Positions 17,756 through 27,855 of a stretch of 64,000 nt of DNA are shown piece after piece. Each line of letters opens with the position of its first letter. Within the stretch, counting starts at the first letter, position 1. The position numbers and the translations under genes were made by a program. The stretch comes from an uncultured Acidobacteriota bacterium (GTDB lineage: Bacteria; Acidobacteriota; Thermoanaerobaculia; Multivoradales; UBA5704): contig CAVYRF010000002.1 in NCBI GenBank assembly GCA_963770895.1, forward strand, positions 4,128,001-4,192,000, given 5' to 3'. The notes under the pieces are model-generated. The model was not told where the DNA came from. It saw only the letters and a program-made list of their open reading frames with translations, and ran no database searches.

Positions 17756-19603
17756 CTACAGGGCGTCGACGCGGCGGCTGAGGGCGGTCAGGCGGGCGGC
17801 CAGGCCGGCGAGGGTGGCGGCGGTGGATTCCAGGTGCTCGCGCTCGGCGCGGATGAAGCGGGTGTAGGGGGTGATGGCTTCGTCGATGCGGTGCTGGCTG
17901 CGCTCGGTTTCGCGTTCGAACTGGGTGGTGAGGGTGGCCATGAGCTGGCTGCGCAGGGCTTCGATCTTGGCGGCGAGGTCGCGCTTGGCGGCTTCGCGGC
18001 GGCTGGGGATGATGAACAGGCCCAGGGCGGCGATGACGCCGCCGGCGAGCAGGCCGGTGGCGTCGGCGGCGGCGCCGACCAGGACGTGGGCCAGCAGGGC
18101 TCCCAGGCCGATGGCTCCGACTTCGACCAGGGCGGTGGAGGTGACGGCGGCCTGGACGTCGGCGGCCAGCCGGGTGGCTTCGTGGTCGCGATCGTAGGCG
18201 TCGACGGCGGCCTGGGCGGCGCGGCCGACGCTGGCCAGCAGGCGGTCGCGCTGCAGCTCGAAGGCGCCGCCGACCTGGCCGACGATGCGCTCGGCGTGGC
18301 GGCGGCGGCGGTCGTCGATGCGGGCCATGACGGCCTGCCACTGGCGCAGGTCGGCGGTGACCATCCAGTCGATGATCTCGTGGACGCGCTGGTCGATCAG
18401 GCGCGGCACGTCGGCGACGACCTTGGCGGCGAACTCGGCCTTGATGCGCGACTTGTTGACCAGGTCGAAGACGCGGGCCAGGCGCATGGTGTCGTCGAAG
18501 AAGCGCACGCCGCGCTGCTCGAACTCGCTCAGCACCAGGGCGACGTCGGCGAGGCGGAAGCGGAACTCCCGGCCCAGGTCTTCGCCATAGAGGGCGAGCT
18601 GGCGGTCGATGTCGTCGATCGTGGACAGGTCGTCCGCCAGCAGCGCCAGGCGTGCGGCGGCGTCGTCGCGGTAGCGCTGCGCCAAGCGGGCGGCGACGCC
18701 CAGCGGGTTTTGCAGCTTGAGGCGCAGGCGCTCGGCCTGGTCCAGGGTGCCGGTGATGAAGCGCTCCAGGTCGGCGAAGCGGCTGGTGGCCAGCAGCGCG
18801 GCGTCTGGGGTGCCGGGGGTGCCGGAGGTGCCGGAGGCGGCGGGGTTGGCGGGGTCGGCGGCGGTGGCGGGTGCGGCGGCCGCGGCCTTGGCGCGCTGCG
18901 CCTGGCGGGCCGAGACGGGGAAGATGTCGGGGGCGGCGCCCAAGAGCGCCGCGGCGTGCTGGGCGACGAAGGCGCGGACCTGCTCGACGTCGGCGTCCGA
19001 GGCCAGGATGTCGATCTTGTTGATCACCACGACGATCTTCTTGCCCCAATCGCGGATGCCTTGCAGGAAGGCGCGCTCGCTTTCGGTGAAGGGGCGGTCG
19101 GCGGAGGTGACGAAGAGCACCAGGTCGGAGCGCGGCACGAATTCGCGGGTGATCGCTTCGTGCTCGCGATGGATGGCGTTGGTGCCAGGGGTGTCGACGA
19201 TGTGGATCTCGCGCAGCAGCTCGACCGGCGCGGTGACCACCCGGACGTCGGCTTCGGCGGTCGCGGTCGGGGCCGGCCCTGGCGCCTGGCCGGCGGCGCC
19301 GGCGGTGGGGGTGTTGGCGGCGGCGTAGCGCAGCAGCTGGACCTGGGTGGTGGTCGGCGTCACGCCTTCGGCGAGCACCGGGCTGCCGAGGAGGGCGTTG
19401 ATGAAGGCGCTCTTGCCGGCGTTGAATTCTCCCGCCACGACCAGCAGGAAGAGGTCGTCGAGCTGGGCGCCCGAGCGCCGCAGCACTGCGCGGTCTTCGG
19501 GCGTCGCGCCGCAGTCTTCGAGCGCCGCCGCCAGGTCGGCGAGCAGCTGGCGCTCCTCCTCCAGGAGCACTTCCTGCTGCGGGGCGAGCAGGCGCCTCAG
19601 CAT
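17756..19603 (-). CDS. Dynamin-family GTPase
   Basis: GEFNAGKS, TPTT, DTPG, NKID; C-terminal hydrophobic paddle and coiled coil; start MLRRLL. Confidence 0.9.
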   Translation of the reverse strand: MLRRLLAPQQEVLLEEERQLLADLAAALEDCGATPEDRAVLRRSGAQLDDLFLLVVAGEFNAGKSAFINALLGSPVLAEGVTPTTTQVQLLRYAAANTPTAGAAGQAPGPAPTATAEADVRVVTAPVELLREIHIVDTPGTNAIHREHEAITREFVPRSDLVLFVTSADRPFTESERAFLQGIRDWGKKIVVVINKIDILASDADVEQVRAFVAQHAAALLGAAPDIFPVSARQAQRAKAAAAAPATAADPANPAASGTSGTPGTPDAALLATSRFADLERFITGTLDQAERLRLKLQNPLGVAARLAQRYRDDAAARLALLADDLSTIDDIDRQLALYGEDLGREFRFRLADVALVLSEFEQRGVRFFDDTMRLARVFDLVNKSRIKAEFAAKVVADVPRLIDQRVHEIIDWMVTADLRQWQAVMARIDDRRRRHAERIVGQVGGAFELQRDRLLASVGRAAQAAVDAYDRDHEATRLAADVQAAVTSTALVEVGAIGLGALLAHVLVGAAADATGLLAGGVIAALGLFIIPSRREAAKRDLAAKIEALRSQLMATLTTQFERETERSQHRIDEAITPYTRFIRAEREHLESTAATLAGLAARLTALSRRVDAL

Positions 19604-19837
19604 GCGCGGGGGCCTGGCGTGTGCCGTGGCTGGAGGGTGCCGTGCCGGTGCCGCGGGGTGTCCCTGGGAAGGGTCGCCGGGCGTACGCCGGTGGAGACGT
19701 CGCCGGCGCCGGTGGCGGGCCGCGCGCTGGGCTTTGCCATGCGCCGGAGTATGGCATGCCTTTAGCACTGGTAGGATTGCGACGCTGACGCCGCGCTTGC
19801 GCCCTCCTCCGGCGGCGTCCCCTTGAAAGGTGAACCG

Positions 19838-21115
19838 ATGAACGCGAAGATGCTGCTGGTCCTGGCCGGTGTAGGCCTGCTTGGCGCCGGCTGTGCCGTA
19901 TATGTGCCGTTGGGGCCCCCGCCGGGCCCGCCACCCCCGTCGCCGTATACGCAGGGCGGCCCGCCGCCCTATCAGCCACCGCCGCCGGGAGCGCCCGGCG
20001 ACCAGGGGTATAACCCCGCCGGCGCCGACCAGCCGCCACCGCCGGGAGCCGACCAGCCGCCGCCGGGAGCCGATCAGCCGCCGCCGGGCGACGACCAGCC
20101 GCCGGCGGGCGCCGCGCCGCCTCCGGGCGACCAGGACCAGGCGGACGTCGGGCAGTTCTACAACCAGCTGTCGCCCTACGGCGAGTGGGAGCAGGTGCCT
20201 TCCTACGGCTGGGTGTGGGTGCCGCGCGGCATGGCTCCGGGCTGGCGACCCTACAGCGTCGGCCACTGGGTCTACAGCGACGCCGGCTGGGCCTGGGTGT
20301 CGGATGAGCCCTTCGGCTGGGCCTGCTATCACTATGGGCGCTGGTTCGACGACCCCGGCTTCGGCTGGGCGTGGGTGCCGGGTCCGGTCTGGGCGCCGGC
20401 CTGGGTCGCCTGGCGCAGCGGCGGCGGCTACATCGGCTGGGCGCCGCTGCCTCCCGCCGTCGGCTGGCGCGCCGGATTTGGGCTGCAGCTGGGCGGCGTC
20501 GATCTGAACGTGGCGATCGGGCCGACGCACTTCTGCTTCGTCGGCGAGCACGACTTTCTGTCGGCGCACGTGCACGACGTGCTGCTGCCGCCTTCGCGCG
20601 GCGTGACCCTGATGCGCAACACGGTCAACATCACCAACTACACGGTGGTCAACAACCGCGTGGTCAATCGCGGCGTCGCGGTCGATCACATCGAAAAGGC
20701 GGTCGGCCATCCGATCCAGGCGGTCCGCCTGGCGTCGTCGTCGTCGCCGGAGCGGGCCGGGGTGCGCGGCGGCACCGTCGCCTTCTACCGGCCGCCGGTG
20801 CCCGCCGGCCGCGCCGCAGCGGTGGCGCGTCCGCCGGCGCGCGTGGCGCCCAACTACAGCGCCGAAGAGCTGGACCGCCGGCACCAGGCGGAACGGCAGG
20901 ACCTCGAGCGCTACCAGCAGTCGCAACGCGAAAACCTGCAGGCGTTGCACCAGCGCGAGATGGCCAGCCAGTCGTCGGAGGCGGGGCGCAGGCAGCTGGC
21001 GCAGCAGCACGCCCAGGAGGTGCAGGCGCAACAGCAGCTGCACCAGCGCCAGGCGCAGGTGATGCAATCCCGCCAGCAGCGGGAGCGCGCGGCAGTGCCC
21101 CACCCGCACCACTGA
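19838..21115 (+). CDS. DUF6600-like Trp/Gly-rich lipoprotein
   Basis: Lipobox LGAGC; LSPYGEW..YGWVWVP..GWRPY..GHW..GWAWVSDEPFGWACYHYGRW; Gln-rich tail. Confidence 0.85.
   Translation: MNAKMLLVLAGVGLLGAGCAVYVPLGPPPGPPPPSPYTQGGPPPYQPPPPGAPGDQGYNPAGADQPPPPGADQPPPGADQPPPGDDQPPAGAAPPPGDQDQADVGQFYNQLSPYGEWEQVPSYGWVWVPRGMAPGWRPYSVGHWVYSDAGWAWVSDEPFGWACYHYGRWFDDPGFGWAWVPGPVWAPAWVAWRSGGGYIGWAPLPPAVGWRAGFGLQLGGVDLNVAIGPTHFCFVGEHDFLSAHVHDVLLPPSRGVTLMRNTVNITNYTVVNNRVVNRGVAVDHIEKAVGHPIQAVRLASSSSPERAGVRGGTVAFYRPPVPAGRAAAVARPPARVAPNYSAEELDRRHQAERQDLERYQQSQRENLQALHQREMASQSSEAGRRQLAQQHAQEVQAQQQLHQRQAQVMQSRQQRERAAVPHPHH
20024..20110 (+). repeat. In-frame tandem repeat (G-A/D-DQPPP, four copies)
   Basis: gccgaccagccgcc.ccggg units of 21-24 bp. 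Confidence 0.8.
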
Positions 21116-21248
21116 TCCGTCGTCGCTTGTTTGGCGGTTTCTCCAGCACCGGCCGGCTTGATGAGCCGAACGGTGCCGCGAGCGCCGGCGATGGCGTGCG
21201 TGCCAGCCGCGGCTTCGACGTCGGAGCCGGCGGTGCCTGCCCGGCGGA

Positions 21249-22430
21249 TCAATCAGGCGGATCAGGCGGATCGGCAGCCAGCGGGGCCAGGCAATAGGCT
21301 GGATCGTGGCGGCGGCGCCAGAAGGGAGCGTCGGGCCAGCGGCGCTCGTCGGCGTAGCAGCGGCGCTGCAGGTCCAGGTAGGCGCCGTAGGTCGTCTGCA
21401 TGACTTCCAGGTAGGCCCAGCGGGCCTCGTCGCGGCCGGCGAGCAGGTCGGCGGCGGCATGGCCGCCGTAGAATCCCGATCCCATCGCCGAGCCGATGCC
21501 GTGCGACGACAGCGGATCGTAGGCTGCCGCGGCGTCGCCCAACGCCAGCCAGCCGGGGCCGGCGATGACGTCCAGGCGCGAGCTCTCCGCCGGCGCCACC
21601 TGGAAGCCGGCGGCGACGGCGCGATAGCCGTGGCGCTCGATCCGCTCGCGGGTCGCCGCGGTGGCGGCGAGCCTTTGGTGCCACAGGTCGGCGGCGCTCG
21701 CGGGGCGGAGGAGGGCGGGCGGCAGCAGGTCGCCGTCGCCGAAGAGCGCCGCCGCCATGCGGCCGCCGGGCAGCACCGCCGTGTACCACCAGCCGTCCGG
21801 CGTCGCCTCGACCAGCGTGTACGAATCGGCTGCCGGTGTGGCGCTGGTCAGCAGGGCGCTGATCCCGATCAGCCGGTCGTAGCGCAGGCGGCGGGCTCCC
21901 GCGCGGCGGGCGACGCGCGCGCGGCGGCCGGTGGCGTCGGCGACGAACTGGACGGCAAGCTCCTCCCGGCCGCAATCGTGCGCGACCTCCAGGCGCCAGG
22001 CCGGCGGGCCGGGCGCGCCGCGCGGAAGCCGTGTCACCCGCGTGACCCGGCACCCCCAACGCCAGGTGGCGCCCGCCGCGCTGGCATGCGCCGCCAGGCG
22101 GGCTTCGAATCGCTGGCGATCCAGGTGCCAGCCGTCGCCGCGCGTCCCGGCCAGGAAAGACCGCTCCTGCGGCTCCGCGCCGCCCCACAGGAAGCGGTTG
22201 CCCAGCGATCGCAGGTGGCCGTCGGCGGCCAGGCAGTCCTCCAGCTGGAGGTGGCGCAGCAGCGGCGTCACGCCCGGCGGCAGGCATTCGCCCGGCCTGG
22301 CCGCGGGGGCCTGGCGCGCCTCGAGGACGGTGACCTGCAGGCCGCGCCGGGTCAGCACCAGGGCGGCGACCGCTCCGGCGGGGCCGCCGCCGACCACCGC
22401 CACGTGCGCGCCGCCCTGGGGGGGCGTCAC
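21249..22430 (-). CDS. LodB/GoxB-like flavoprotein for CTQ maturation
   Basis: VVGGGPAG, GECLPP, GWHLDR, DATGR, GWWY, GDAAAAYDPLSSHG; GTGA overlap with the lodA-like gene. Confidence 0.9.
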   Translation of the reverse strand: MTPPQGGAHVAVVGGGPAGAVAALVLTRRGLQVTVLEARQAPAARPGECLPPGVTPLLRHLQLEDCLAADGHLRSLGNRFLWGGAEPQERSFLAGTRGDGWHLDRQRFEARLAAHASAAGATWRWGCRVTRVTRLPRGAPGPPAWRLEVAHDCGREELAVQFVADATGRRARVARRAGARRLRYDRLIGISALLTSATPAADSYTLVEATPDGWWYTAVLPGGRMAAALFGDGDLLPPALLRPASAADLWHQRLAATAATRERIERHGYRAVAAGFQVAPAESSRLDVIAGPGWLALGDAAAAYDPLSSHGIGSAMGSGFYGGHAAADLLAGRDEARWAYLEVMQTTYGAYLDLQRRCYADERRWPDAPFWRRRHDPAYCLAPLAADPPDPPD

Positions 22431-24439
22431 CGCTCGTCGCGCCGGACCGGGTGCTGCGGCTCTTCTTCCTGCGGCGTGGTCGCCGGCGCCACGCTCTTGA
22501 GGAGCGCCGAATGCGGCGGCGCGGCTTCGTCGTCGGCGACGACGTGCTCGGCGCGCAGCACCTGCCGCCAGGTCGGGTCGTGGGCGCTGCGGGTGCGGCT
22601 GCGCTCGGTTTCGACCCAGTAGCGGTGCGGCCAATCCGGCGGCTGCTTGGCGGCGGGCGCCGGGTGCTCGGCGATGATGCCCAGCAGGTGCCACTGCTGC
22701 ACCATGTTGTTGATGCGCCCCTGGTAGCTGCTGCCGGCGCCCTTGGTCAGGTCGCGCATCCAGAACTGGCGGTAGGCGAAGTGCTTGCTGCGCTGGAGCT
22801 GCGTCAGGTCGGCGTCGCCCAGGCGGGCGTACGACTGCATGCTGAGCACCTCGTTGGGAACCCGCGCCGCCCAGAACGACGGCAGCGGCAGGTAGGTGTA
22901 GGTGTCGTAGCCGTCCAGGCAGCTGGCTTCGTCGGTCTGCCAGGGGACGCCCATCCAGCGCGTCAGCGTGCCGGGGCCGCTCGCGGCGCAGGGGCCGTTC
23001 GCGGCGAGCGCGATGTCCGGCGTCAGGTAGGGCCCGTAGTCGTCCTCCGGCTCGACGTCGGGAGGCAGGATGTTGAGCCGGAACGGCAGCGGGTCGGGCT
23101 GCTGCCAGAGGGTCGGCACGCGCATCGGCCAGGTCAGCTCGATGCCGGGGTGAAACGGCCCGCCCAGGCAGTTTTCGAGCGGCGTGCGGTCGAGCGCCGC
23201 CGGCTGCTCGGCAAGCGGGATGTCGTCCAGGCTGGGCGGCGGCGGCTGCCGCTCGCCGGGCACGAAATCCCCTTCGGCCCAGCGGCGCAGCCAGTCGTAT
23301 TGGGTGGTGGTGAGCGCCAGGTCGTAGATCGTCGTCGTCTGGTAGTCGACGCCGTCGCCGTAAAACGGCGGCAGCTTGGCGTGGCGCGGCGGCGGCAGGT
23401 GGGCCCGCTGGCCGGGTGCATCCCAGGGGGGCGGCGGCTTGCGGAACCAGCGGAAGAGCGACTCGCGCACGGGGCGGTGCACGGCGTCGGGGTTGGATAG
23501 CCGCGCGCTCACCCGCGGGTCGGTCAGGTCGCTAGGGGAGCCGGCGCCGAACAGCATGAACATGCCTTCGCTCACCCACTGGTTGCCCACCATGCGCTCG
23601 AACAGCGGATAGATGTCGCGCCAGAACGTGAGCTCCGGCGGTGCCGCGATCCAGCCCTGGCGCAGGTACAGGTCGTAGACCACGTCGTACATGGTGACGA
23701 CGCCGTACAGGCCCTGGCCGAAGTTGGGCGGCGTCACCACCGCCATCGCCGGCGCAGCCTCGAGCGTGCGGCCGTCGGCGAGCTGCACGCGGGCGCGCAC
23801 CGGGCCGTCCGCCACGTCGTCGTACCAGCCGTCGTTGTTGGCGAAGGTGGTCGCCGGCGCGCCGGTGTCCGACGCCGACTTGCCGTGCCCGCCCAGGACG
23901 ATCAGGCGGCCCGCCGGGTCGGTGCGCAGCTCGCCCAGCGGCACCTGGTGCGGGCCGTTGCCGGCGCTGAAGTTGATGTAGGCCTGGTCGAAGCGGTAGC
24001 GGGCGCCGTGCTGGTCGCGTCCGGAGATCTGTTTGGGCCCCGGATCGATCACCAGCTGGTCGCGCAGCGCGCCGGTGACCGAGGCGTTGCGAAAGGTGCT
24101 CGACATCGCGTACTGCTTGAGATCGAGCGCGTTGTTGAACTGGTACCAGGCCGCCTTGCGGTTGGCGAGGTGGACCTGCCAGTGGATGGTGGCGTTGTCG
24201 GCCGACAGTTCCTGCACCACCTGGCCCGCCGCGTCGTAGCCGTAGACGCGAAAGCGCACGCCTTCGCGCTTGACCGCGCCCGCTTCGGTCTTGAAGCCGG
24301 ACGGTCCCGGATCGGCCGTCTGCCCCGGCACCTCCGGCGCCAGGAAGTAGTCTTCCGGCGCGTTGCCCACCCTGGCGATACCGATCGAGGGGTGGATGGC
24401 ACAGCTCACGACGCGATCGCTACCGTCGGCCTTCGGCAT
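22427..24439 (-). CDS. LodA/GoxA-family CTQ-dependent amino-acid oxidase
   Basis: IHPSIGIARVGN, W.VHLANRKAAWY, LGELRTD, NNDGWYDD..DGPV, GGPFHPGIELTW, PWQTDEASC, W.ARVP, MVQQWHLLG. Confidence 0.95.
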   Translation of the reverse strand: MPKADGSDRVVSCAIHPSIGIARVGNAPEDYFLAPEVPGQTADPGPSGFKTEAGAVKREGVRFRVYGYDAAGQVVQELSADNATIHWQVHLANRKAAWYQFNNALDLKQYAMSSTFRNASVTGALRDQLVIDPGPKQISGRDQHGARYRFDQAYINFSAGNGPHQVPLGELRTDPAGRLIVLGGHGKSASDTGAPATTFANNDGWYDDVADGPVRARVQLADGRTLEAAPAMAVVTPPNFGQGLYGVVTMYDVVYDLYLRQGWIAAPPELTFWRDIYPLFERMVGNQWVSEGMFMLFGAGSPSDLTDPRVSARLSNPDAVHRPVRESLFRWFRKPPPPWDAPGQRAHLPPPRHAKLPPFYGDGVDYQTTTIYDLALTTTQYDWLRRWAEGDFVPGERQPPPPSLDDIPLAEQPAALDRTPLENCLGGPFHPGIELTWPMRVPTLWQQPDPLPFRLNILPPDVEPEDDYGPYLTPDIALAANGPCAASGPGTLTRWMGVPWQTDEASCLDGYDTYTYLPLPSFWAARVPNEVLSMQSYARLGDADLTQLQRSKHFAYRQFWMRDLTKGAGSSYQGRINNMVQQWHLLGIIAEHPAPAAKQPPDWPHRYWVETERSRTRSAHDPTWRQVLRAEHVVADDEAAPPHSALLKSVAPATTPQEEEPQHPVRRDER

Positions 24440-24623
24440 GCAGTCACCCTCCTGGAAGAGCCCGAGACATCAGTTGCGACAATTCTACCGTAAAGTGGGC
24501 GTCGCCGGCGACCACCCGGCGCCGGCGGTGCCGGCTCGCGCCGTGCGGCCGGGGCGGCGTGCGCGAAGGTGCGCAAGGTGCGCCTGGGCGGCGGCGTGTG
24601 TGCCGTCCGGCCGGGGCGGCCGG

Positions 24624-26636
24624 TCAGTCGGCCAGGGTCGACAGATCGCCGGGGTCTTCGCCCAGGGCGCGCGCCTTGAGCAGGCGGCGGACGATCTTGC
24701 CGGAACGGGTCTTGGGCAGCGCCGCGATGAAGTCGATCTCGCTCGGCTGGGCGATGGGGCCCAGGTCGCCGCGCACGTGCTCGCGCAGGGCGGCCGCCAG
24801 GTCGGGGCCGGGGCCGGGGGCGGCGCCGGCTTTCACCACCACGAACGCCTTGATGCGCTCGCCCTTGATCGGGTCGGGCAGGCCGACGACGGCGCTTTCG
24901 GCGACGGCGGGGTGGCGCAGCAGGCAGCTCTCGACGTCGGCGGTGCCGATGCGGTGGCCGGCGACGTTCATCACGTCGTCGGCGCGGCCGAGGACGGCGA
25001 AGTAGCCGTCGGCGTCGGCGACCGCCACGTCGCCGGCGGTGTAGCGGCCGGGGATCTGGCTCCAGTAGAAAGCGTAGCGGTCGGGGTCGTTCCACACCGT
25101 GCGCAGCATGTAGGGGAGCGGCTGATCGATGGTCAGCAGGCCGCCCTGGCCGGCGGCGACGGGCTGGCCCTGGCGGTCGACGACGGACGCCTGGACGCCG
25201 GGCAGGGGCTTGCCGACGCGGCCGGGCCGCGCCTCGAAGCTAGGCAGCGTGCCCAGCACCGGGCCGGCGATCTCGGTCTGCCACCAGTTGTCCATCACGA
25301 AGCCGTCGGCCTGGCCGACCAGGTGGCGCTGCGCCCAGCGGTGCGCCTCGGGGTTGAGCGGTTCGCCGGCGCAGGCGAGCAGGCGCAGGCGCGACAGGTC
25401 GTGACGGTCGGGCGCCGCGCCGCCGTGGCTCATCCACATGCGCACCGCCGTCGGGGCGGTGAACAGGATGTCGACGCCGTAGCGCTCGCAGATCTCCCAG
25501 GCGACCTCGGGCGAGGGGTGGTCGGGGGCACCCTCGCGACACAGCACGGTGGCGCCCAGCGAGAGCGGCCCATAGACGATGAAGGAGTGGCCGACCACCC
25601 AGCCGATGTCGGAAGTGCTCCAGTAGATGTCGTTGTCGCCGATCTGGTAGAAGGCGCGCGCCAGGTAGGTGGCGCCCACCAGGTAGCCGCCGGTCGCGTG
25701 CACCACCCCCTTGGGTCTGCCGGTGGTGCCGGACGTGTACAGGATGAACAGCGGCTGCTCGGCATCGACGAAGGTGGGCTCGCAGTGGATCTCGTGCGGC
25801 CGCTGGATGGCGTAAAAGTCGCGCTCGCGGGCGGCGCCGGAGACGGCTTCGGCGCTGGTGTCGGCGTCGGCGTCGGCGTGGGGAAAGCCTGCGTTGGCGT
25901 TGGCGGCGGGGGCGAAGGCGGGAGCGGCCTGCCGGTGGTGGACGACCACGTGCTCGACCAGGGGCAGGTCGCGCACGGCTTCGTCGACCGCCGGTTTGAG
26001 CGGCACCGCCTTGCCGCGCCGCCAGGTGAAGTCGGAGCAGATCACCACCCGCGCCCCGGCGTCCTCGATGCGCGCCCGCAGCGCCTGGGCGCCCATGCCG
26101 GCGTAGACCACCGAGTGGATGGCGCCGAGGCGGGCGCAGGCCAGCATGCTGGCGACCCCTTCGGGCGTCAGCGGCATGTAGATCACCACCCGGTCGCCGC
26201 TGCCGACCCCCAGGCGCTTGAGGGCGTTGGCCAGCCGGTTGACGCTGCGATAGAGCGCGTCGTAGGTGTAGACGCGCTCCTCGCCGTTTTCGCCCAGCCA
26301 GATCAGCGCCGCCTTGGTGCGCCGCGGGCCGCGCACGTGGCGGTCGAGCAGGCTCACGGTGGCGTTGAGCTTGCCGCCGAGAAACCACTGGTGGTGCGGC
26401 GGCGTGAACCGGAACGTTTCGGTGAACGGTTCCCGCCACTCGATCAGCGCCGCCTTGTCCGCCCAGAAGGCGGCTGGGTCGGCCGCGGCGCGCGCCCGCT
26501 CCGCCACGTCGTCGATCGCCGCCTGCCGGCGCAGCCACTCCGGCGCCGGGATGGGCGCTTCGCCCTGTTGCAGCGCCTCGATCGACGCGCGCTGCTGGCG
26601 GCTGATCTCAAGCTCTTCGTCGCCTGCCTGGCCCAT
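24624..26636 (-). CDS. acs: Acetyl-CoA synthetase
   Basis: LYTSGTTGRPKG, SDIGWVVGHS, DNWWQTE, GRADD, PKTRSGK. Confidence 0.9.
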   Translation of the reverse strand: MGQAGDEELEISRQQRASIEALQQGEAPIPAPEWLRRQAAIDDVAERARAAADPAAFWADKAALIEWREPFTETFRFTPPHHQWFLGGKLNATVSLLDRHVRGPRRTKAALIWLGENGEERVYTYDALYRSVNRLANALKRLGVGSGDRVVIYMPLTPEGVASMLACARLGAIHSVVYAGMGAQALRARIEDAGARVVICSDFTWRRGKAVPLKPAVDEAVRDLPLVEHVVVHHRQAAPAFAPAANANAGFPHADADADTSAEAVSGAARERDFYAIQRPHEIHCEPTFVDAEQPLFILYTSGTTGRPKGVVHATGGYLVGATYLARAFYQIGDNDIYWSTSDIGWVVGHSFIVYGPLSLGATVLCREGAPDHPSPEVAWEICERYGVDILFTAPTAVRMWMSHGGAAPDRHDLSRLRLLACAGEPLNPEAHRWAQRHLVGQADGFVMDNWWQTEIAGPVLGTLPSFEARPGRVGKPLPGVQASVVDRQGQPVAAGQGGLLTIDQPLPYMLRTVWNDPDRYAFYWSQIPGRYTAGDVAVADADGYFAVLGRADDVMNVAGHRIGTADVESCLLRHPAVAESAVVGLPDPIKGERIKAFVVVKAGAAPGPGPDLAAALREHVRGDLGPIAQPSEIDFIAALPKTRSGKIVRRLLKARALGEDPGDLSTLAD

Positions 26637-26657
26637 GGGTTCCCCTCCGGCGCCGGT

Positions 26658-27650
26658 TCAGGGCTGGCGGCCCGCGGCGAGCGGCGGGGTGGTGCCCTGC
26701 CTGGCGGCCGGCGGGTCGACTTCCGGATGCCTGGCGGCGCTGATGTTTTCCAAGCCTTTGAGCAGGTTGGTGGGGATCAGCAAGGTGTTGTTCTGCGCCG
26801 AGCGCGTCAGCTCCACCAGTACCTCCAGCTCCTTCAACCGCCAGGCGTCGGGGGTCAGCGCCGCCGCGGCCTCCACCAGCTTGCCGGCGATGTGCAGCTG
26901 CATGGCGGCGCGCACCAGTTCCGCGTCGGCTTCCTTGCCGGCGCGGGCCTTCATGGCGATCGCCTGCTGGATCTGCTCGTCGGTGATCTGCAGATCCTTG
27001 AGCTCGACCGCCTTCACCTTGACGCCCCAATCCGCCACCTTGCTCTGCAGCGACTCGCGCACCTCGACGTAGAACTGGTCGCGGTTGTGCAGGATGGCGT
27101 CCAGCTCGTGGTTGCCGACGATCTCGGTCACCGAAGCGAGCGCGCGCTGGCGGGTCGCTTCGTAGCCGTTGGCGACCTGCACGACGAATTCCCGCACGTG
27201 GTTCTCATCCACCCGCGTGGTCATGATCAGGTTGAACGAGATCGGCACGTTGTCATGCGTCTGCACGCCGGCGACCTGCAGCTGGGTGACCGTGTCGCGC
27301 ACCGCCACGTCGTCCAGCCGCCGGTGCAACACCGGATCCACCCACGCCAGCCCCGGCCCCACCGTGTTGACGTAGCGCCCCAGCAACATGATCGGCCGCC
27401 GCTGCCATTCGCTGACGACGTTGAGCCCGCTGAGCACATACAGCAGCCCCAGGCCCAGCAGATAGCCGGTCCAGCCGATGACCGGCAGCGGCGAATTGCC
27501 CGTCGCGCCCAGCGCCCGTGACACCAGGGTCAGCCCCGTCCAGGCAATCCCCCCCAGCCAGAACAGCGCCGGCCCGCCGCCCCGCATCTGCACCCCCGCC
27601 GCCCCCCTGACCGGCACGCCCGAGCGCCCAACGTTCTGTCCTGGGTCCAT
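26658..27650 (-). CDS. SPFH/Band 7 (slipin/stomatin-like) membrane protein
   Basis: TM segments; VVSEWQR..LGRY..GPGL, THDNV, WGVKV..VELKD. Confidence 0.85.
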   Translation of the reverse strand: MDPGQNVGRSGVPVRGAAGVQMRGGGPALFWLGGIAWTGLTLVSRALGATGNSPLPVIGWTGYLLGLGLLYVLSGLNVVSEWQRRPIMLLGRYVNTVGPGLAWVDPVLHRRLDDVAVRDTVTQLQVAGVQTHDNVPISFNLIMTTRVDENHVREFVVQVANGYEATRQRALASVTEIVGNHELDAILHNRDQFYVEVRESLQSKVADWGVKVKAVELKDLQITDEQIQQAIAMKARAGKEADAELVRAAMQLHIAGKLVEAAAALTPDAWRLKELEVLVELTRSAQNNTLLIPTNLLKGLENISAARHPEVDPPAARQGTTPPLAAGRQP

Positions 27651-27855
27651 ATCGTCCCCCGCACCGCGCCGCCAAGGGCGCCGGAAAAGTTCTGTTCAAG
27701 AAGTCCTTGCTGACTCTTGCCGAGAACCCGCACGCTGTCAAATCGGCGGCGGGGAGGGAGGCCATTGGGGGCTCGGCATCATTGATCATATGATAAGTAT
27801 AGGTACTCTTGTGGCGCGTTTTGCGCCTTATCGCTGATCGACATGGAGAACCAAA

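Noticed and set aside
20024-20110. CRISPR-like or non-coding repeat
   Set aside because: In-frame Pro-rich peptide repeats without spacers.
17756-21460. 1234-aa dynamin fusion
   Set aside because: The N-terminal 600+ aa is antisense to the DUF6600-like gene; the real start is probably 19603.
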